Shown in pieces: positions 61,926 to 64,000 of a DNA stretch of 64,000 bases (position 1 is the stretch's first letter; every line of letters starts with the position of its first letter). Location of the stretch: the IMG/VR virus record IMGVR_UViG_3300019776_000324, positions 1-64,000 of that record; one strand, 5' to 3'. This DNA comes from a virus. The notes under the pieces are model-generated. The model made no database searches. It was not told the origin of the DNA and saw only the letters and a program-made list of their open reading frames with translations. Both the position numbers and the translations under genes were made by a program.

Positions 61926-64000
61926 TAAATTACTCCACTGCCAGGTGCGGTTTGTAAGTTAGTACTAGTCAATGCAGAAATAACTTCAATGTCATTGACA
62001 GTAGCGCCGTTTACAAATATTTGATTTGGTGCAGATCTAATTTCATACAAATCACCAAAACTCTTTTGTGGGTTTAAAGGAACCAATACTACAGAACTCA
62101 CAACATCACCAATGTTTTGATGTATGTAAGCACTCAGTTCACTGAAATAGAATGTGTCGCCAAAGTTCCAAGAATCAAGATTAAAGAATGCATCCATATT
62201 AGCCACAACTAAATTCTTAATTGCACTAACGCTAGCAGTACTTTGAGTAGACTGAATAACTTTAATAGTTGCTCGTAATGCAGGCTGTGCCTTTTGTCCA
62301 AACAACGGTTGGAAGTCAACACTGTTAAGAATCATGTTATCTGAAATCATTTTATAATCTTGCAATCCTGCATAGGCTGTGTTTAGTTCGTCAATGGTTG
62401 GCATCTCAGGCTTCTGTACGGTACCGGTGGTATCTTTCAACCAATTTTGATAGGCTGTATAATAGTCGTTGGTTACTAGGTAAACATCAATGATGTTTGT
62501 TGATCCAGGATCAATACGACTAGTCAACGGACTGTTATGGCGATATTGGAAATACAAATTCTGGCGACCTGTTTGCGCAAGATATGAGCTGTCCACAGTT
62601 AGTGTAGGGTTGCCTAGATTATCAACACCAAGAACATAAAATACTTGATTTTGGCCAACTGAGTTTGTTTCAGCATAAGCATAAAACACTTGCCCTAATG
62701 AGTATTGTGTCTGAACTGCTTGTATCTCAGACAATGTTCCGTAGCTACTGTCAATGGTGCCTTTGGTTCCAGTGTTTGCAACTAGTAGATATCGTTGTAG
62801 GTTATCAAAATCCACAGTTGACTGGAAGTACACATATTTGTCAGTGGAGTTAACAGATGGTGCTACGATATCGTCAAAGAAATCTGGATTAACAGGAGTT
62901 AGTCCGTTGTTGGCTCTAGCAAAACTAACTTCAACTTGGAAGTCATCTACTAGTCCGTCACTTAAGATTGGCTGATCAATAATAGTTAAAACATTATCTG
63001 TACCCAATGTTACTGCACTGTCAGGGCGACTGTTAATTTTTAAAACATTTACATAGTCACGGATAACTGTGCCTGTTCTGCTATCGTAGATTGGATCGCT
63101 AGTGTAAAAGAAGAATCTTGTTTCTAACACGCTACCAAAATAATAGTTCAATGATCTTGAAACCACAGTATAACTGTATCCGTTGTAGGTGCACTGTATT
63201 AACCAACTAGCATCCTGATTGGTACCAGTAGTGCTTTGTGCATTTTCTAGACTGAATGTCGCATTCTCATCAAGATTGTTCGAAGTAATCACATACCATG
63301 TGCTAGTTAAATTATTGTAACCAATACCAAAATTTTGATTTAAGTAAATCTGATTTACAATAGTTTGTTGCACTGTAGTTGGAATATCTGTGGTAAACAC
63401 AGGAATAACTTGTACAGGAATAGCACCAGTTGGAACAAAAGTATTCAACACCACTGGACCAGATCCGTTAGGAAGATTACCAAGGCCGTCAGCTGTGCCT
63501 GCCAAATATACAGCAGTGGGGCTAGCCCAGATTACTGTTTTTTCGTCTGGTAATGTTGCTGTTCCTGCTACTAATTCGTTTTCTTTATTGAAGTAATACC
63601 CATCAGGCGGAACAAACTTTACTAAACTGCCTACTTGAATATACTTGGCGTTATTACTAGCATAGGTTCCAATCGAAACTGGCTCGCCAGCGGCATTCTG
63701 AAAGTATCCAGTTGTTTCATTTGTAATTACAGTGCTTTGATGCCATGTGTAATTTAATACTGCTAAATTTGGTCTTAAAAAATTAGCATAATAAAATTGT
63801 TGCATGCCAGACTTAAGAACCAATGGATCGATTTGATTTAGTACAGCATCACTGATGTCATTGGTTGTTAACCAGCTGAACTGAAATGCCGGCAAGGTAT
63901 CAACTTCATATAGTGCGCCATCGCTAGCAAAGATGTTTGTACTAGAATATTTGCCAGTACCGTCAACCAAGTCAAGGTATCGGCTAGTACCAATGCTTGC
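61925..64000 (-). CDS. large structural protein, N-terminally truncated by the window edge
   Basis: ORF open to the window end. Similar fibre-like composition. Stop overlaps the giant gene start. Confidence 0.5.
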   Translation of the reverse strand, partial: ASIGTSRYLDLVDGTGKYSSTNIFASDGALYEVDTLPAFQFSWLTTNDISDAVLNQIDPLVLKSGMQQFYYANFLRPNLAVLNYTWHQSTVITNETTGYFQNAAGEPVSIGTYASNNAKYIQVGSLVKFVPPDGYYFNKENELVAGTATLPDEKTVIWASPTAVYLAGTADGLGNLPNGSGPVVLNTFVPTGAIPVQVIPVFTTDIPTTVQQTIVNQIYLNQNFGIGYNNLTSTWYVITSNNLDENATFSLENAQSTTGTNQDASWLIQCTYNGYSYTVVSRSLNYYFGSVLETRFFFYTSDPIYDSRTGTVIRDYVNVLKINSRPDSAVTLGTDNVLTIIDQPILSDGLVDDFQVEVSFARANNGLTPVNPDFFDDIVAPSVNSTDKYVYFQSTVDFDNLQRYLLVANTGTKGTIDSSYGTLSEIQAVQTQYSLGQVFYAYAETNSVGQNQVFYVLGVDNLGNPTLTVDSSYLAQTGRQNLYFQYRHNSPLTSRIDPGSTNIIDVYLVTNDYYTAYQNWLKDTTGTVQKPEMPTIDELNTAYAGLQDYKMISDNMILNSVDFQPLFGQKAQPALRATIKVIQSTQSTASVSAIKNLVVANMDAFFNLDSWNFGDTFYFSELSAYIHQNIGDVVSSVVLVPLNPQKSFGDLYEIRSAPNQIFVNGATVNDIEVISALTSTNLQTAPGSGVI

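Noticed and set aside
1-64000. tRNA, rRNA or other structured RNA genes
   Set aside because: Intergenic regions are at most ~100 nt and are occupied by promoters or terminators. I could not recognise a cloverleaf by eye. A tRNAscan run would be needed to exclude small RNAs.

Overview
This 64-kb window looks like part of a large tailed-bacteriophage genome, probably a virulent jumbo-class myovirus, at roughly 40% GC. It has sigma70-type promoters, Shine-Dalgarno sites and rho-independent terminators. I recognised no rRNA, tRNA or CRISPR.

Layout:
- 1-24.1 kb is an almost purely + strand early/auxiliary region. It holds a polytopic membrane protein, a PP-loop ATPase, a TctC/Bug-family solute-binding protein and a MoxR/CobS-like AAA+ ATPase.
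- 5.5-14.8 kb is a striking tandem array of about 35 very small, translationally coupled genes. At least 27 of them end in the same C-terminal peptide.
- After the array comes the metallopeptidase(HExxH)+vWA partner of the AAA+ ATPase, then a cluster of small membrane proteins, an SPFH-like lipoprotein, an AT-hook protein, ThyX, an NAD-dependent sugar epimerase/dehydratase and a DegT-type aminotransferase.
- 24.1-44.6 kb is a mostly - strand glycan/modification island: a 798-aa repeat protein, three fucosyltransferase-like paralogs, two GT-A-like paralogs, a NodU/CmcH carbamoyltransferase, a sulfotransferase-like protein and five paralogous radical-SAM enzymes with an unusual N-terminal Cys motif.
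- 44.7-64 kb is a - strand late structural module: three tail-fibre-like proteins and an uninterrupted 14,157-nt ORF encoding a 4,718-aa virion protein.

A ~50-nt promoter element (TTGACY-N17-TATAAT-AGTWGTATAGT) recurs eight times. Three genes sit 6 nt after a TATAAT box and look leaderless.
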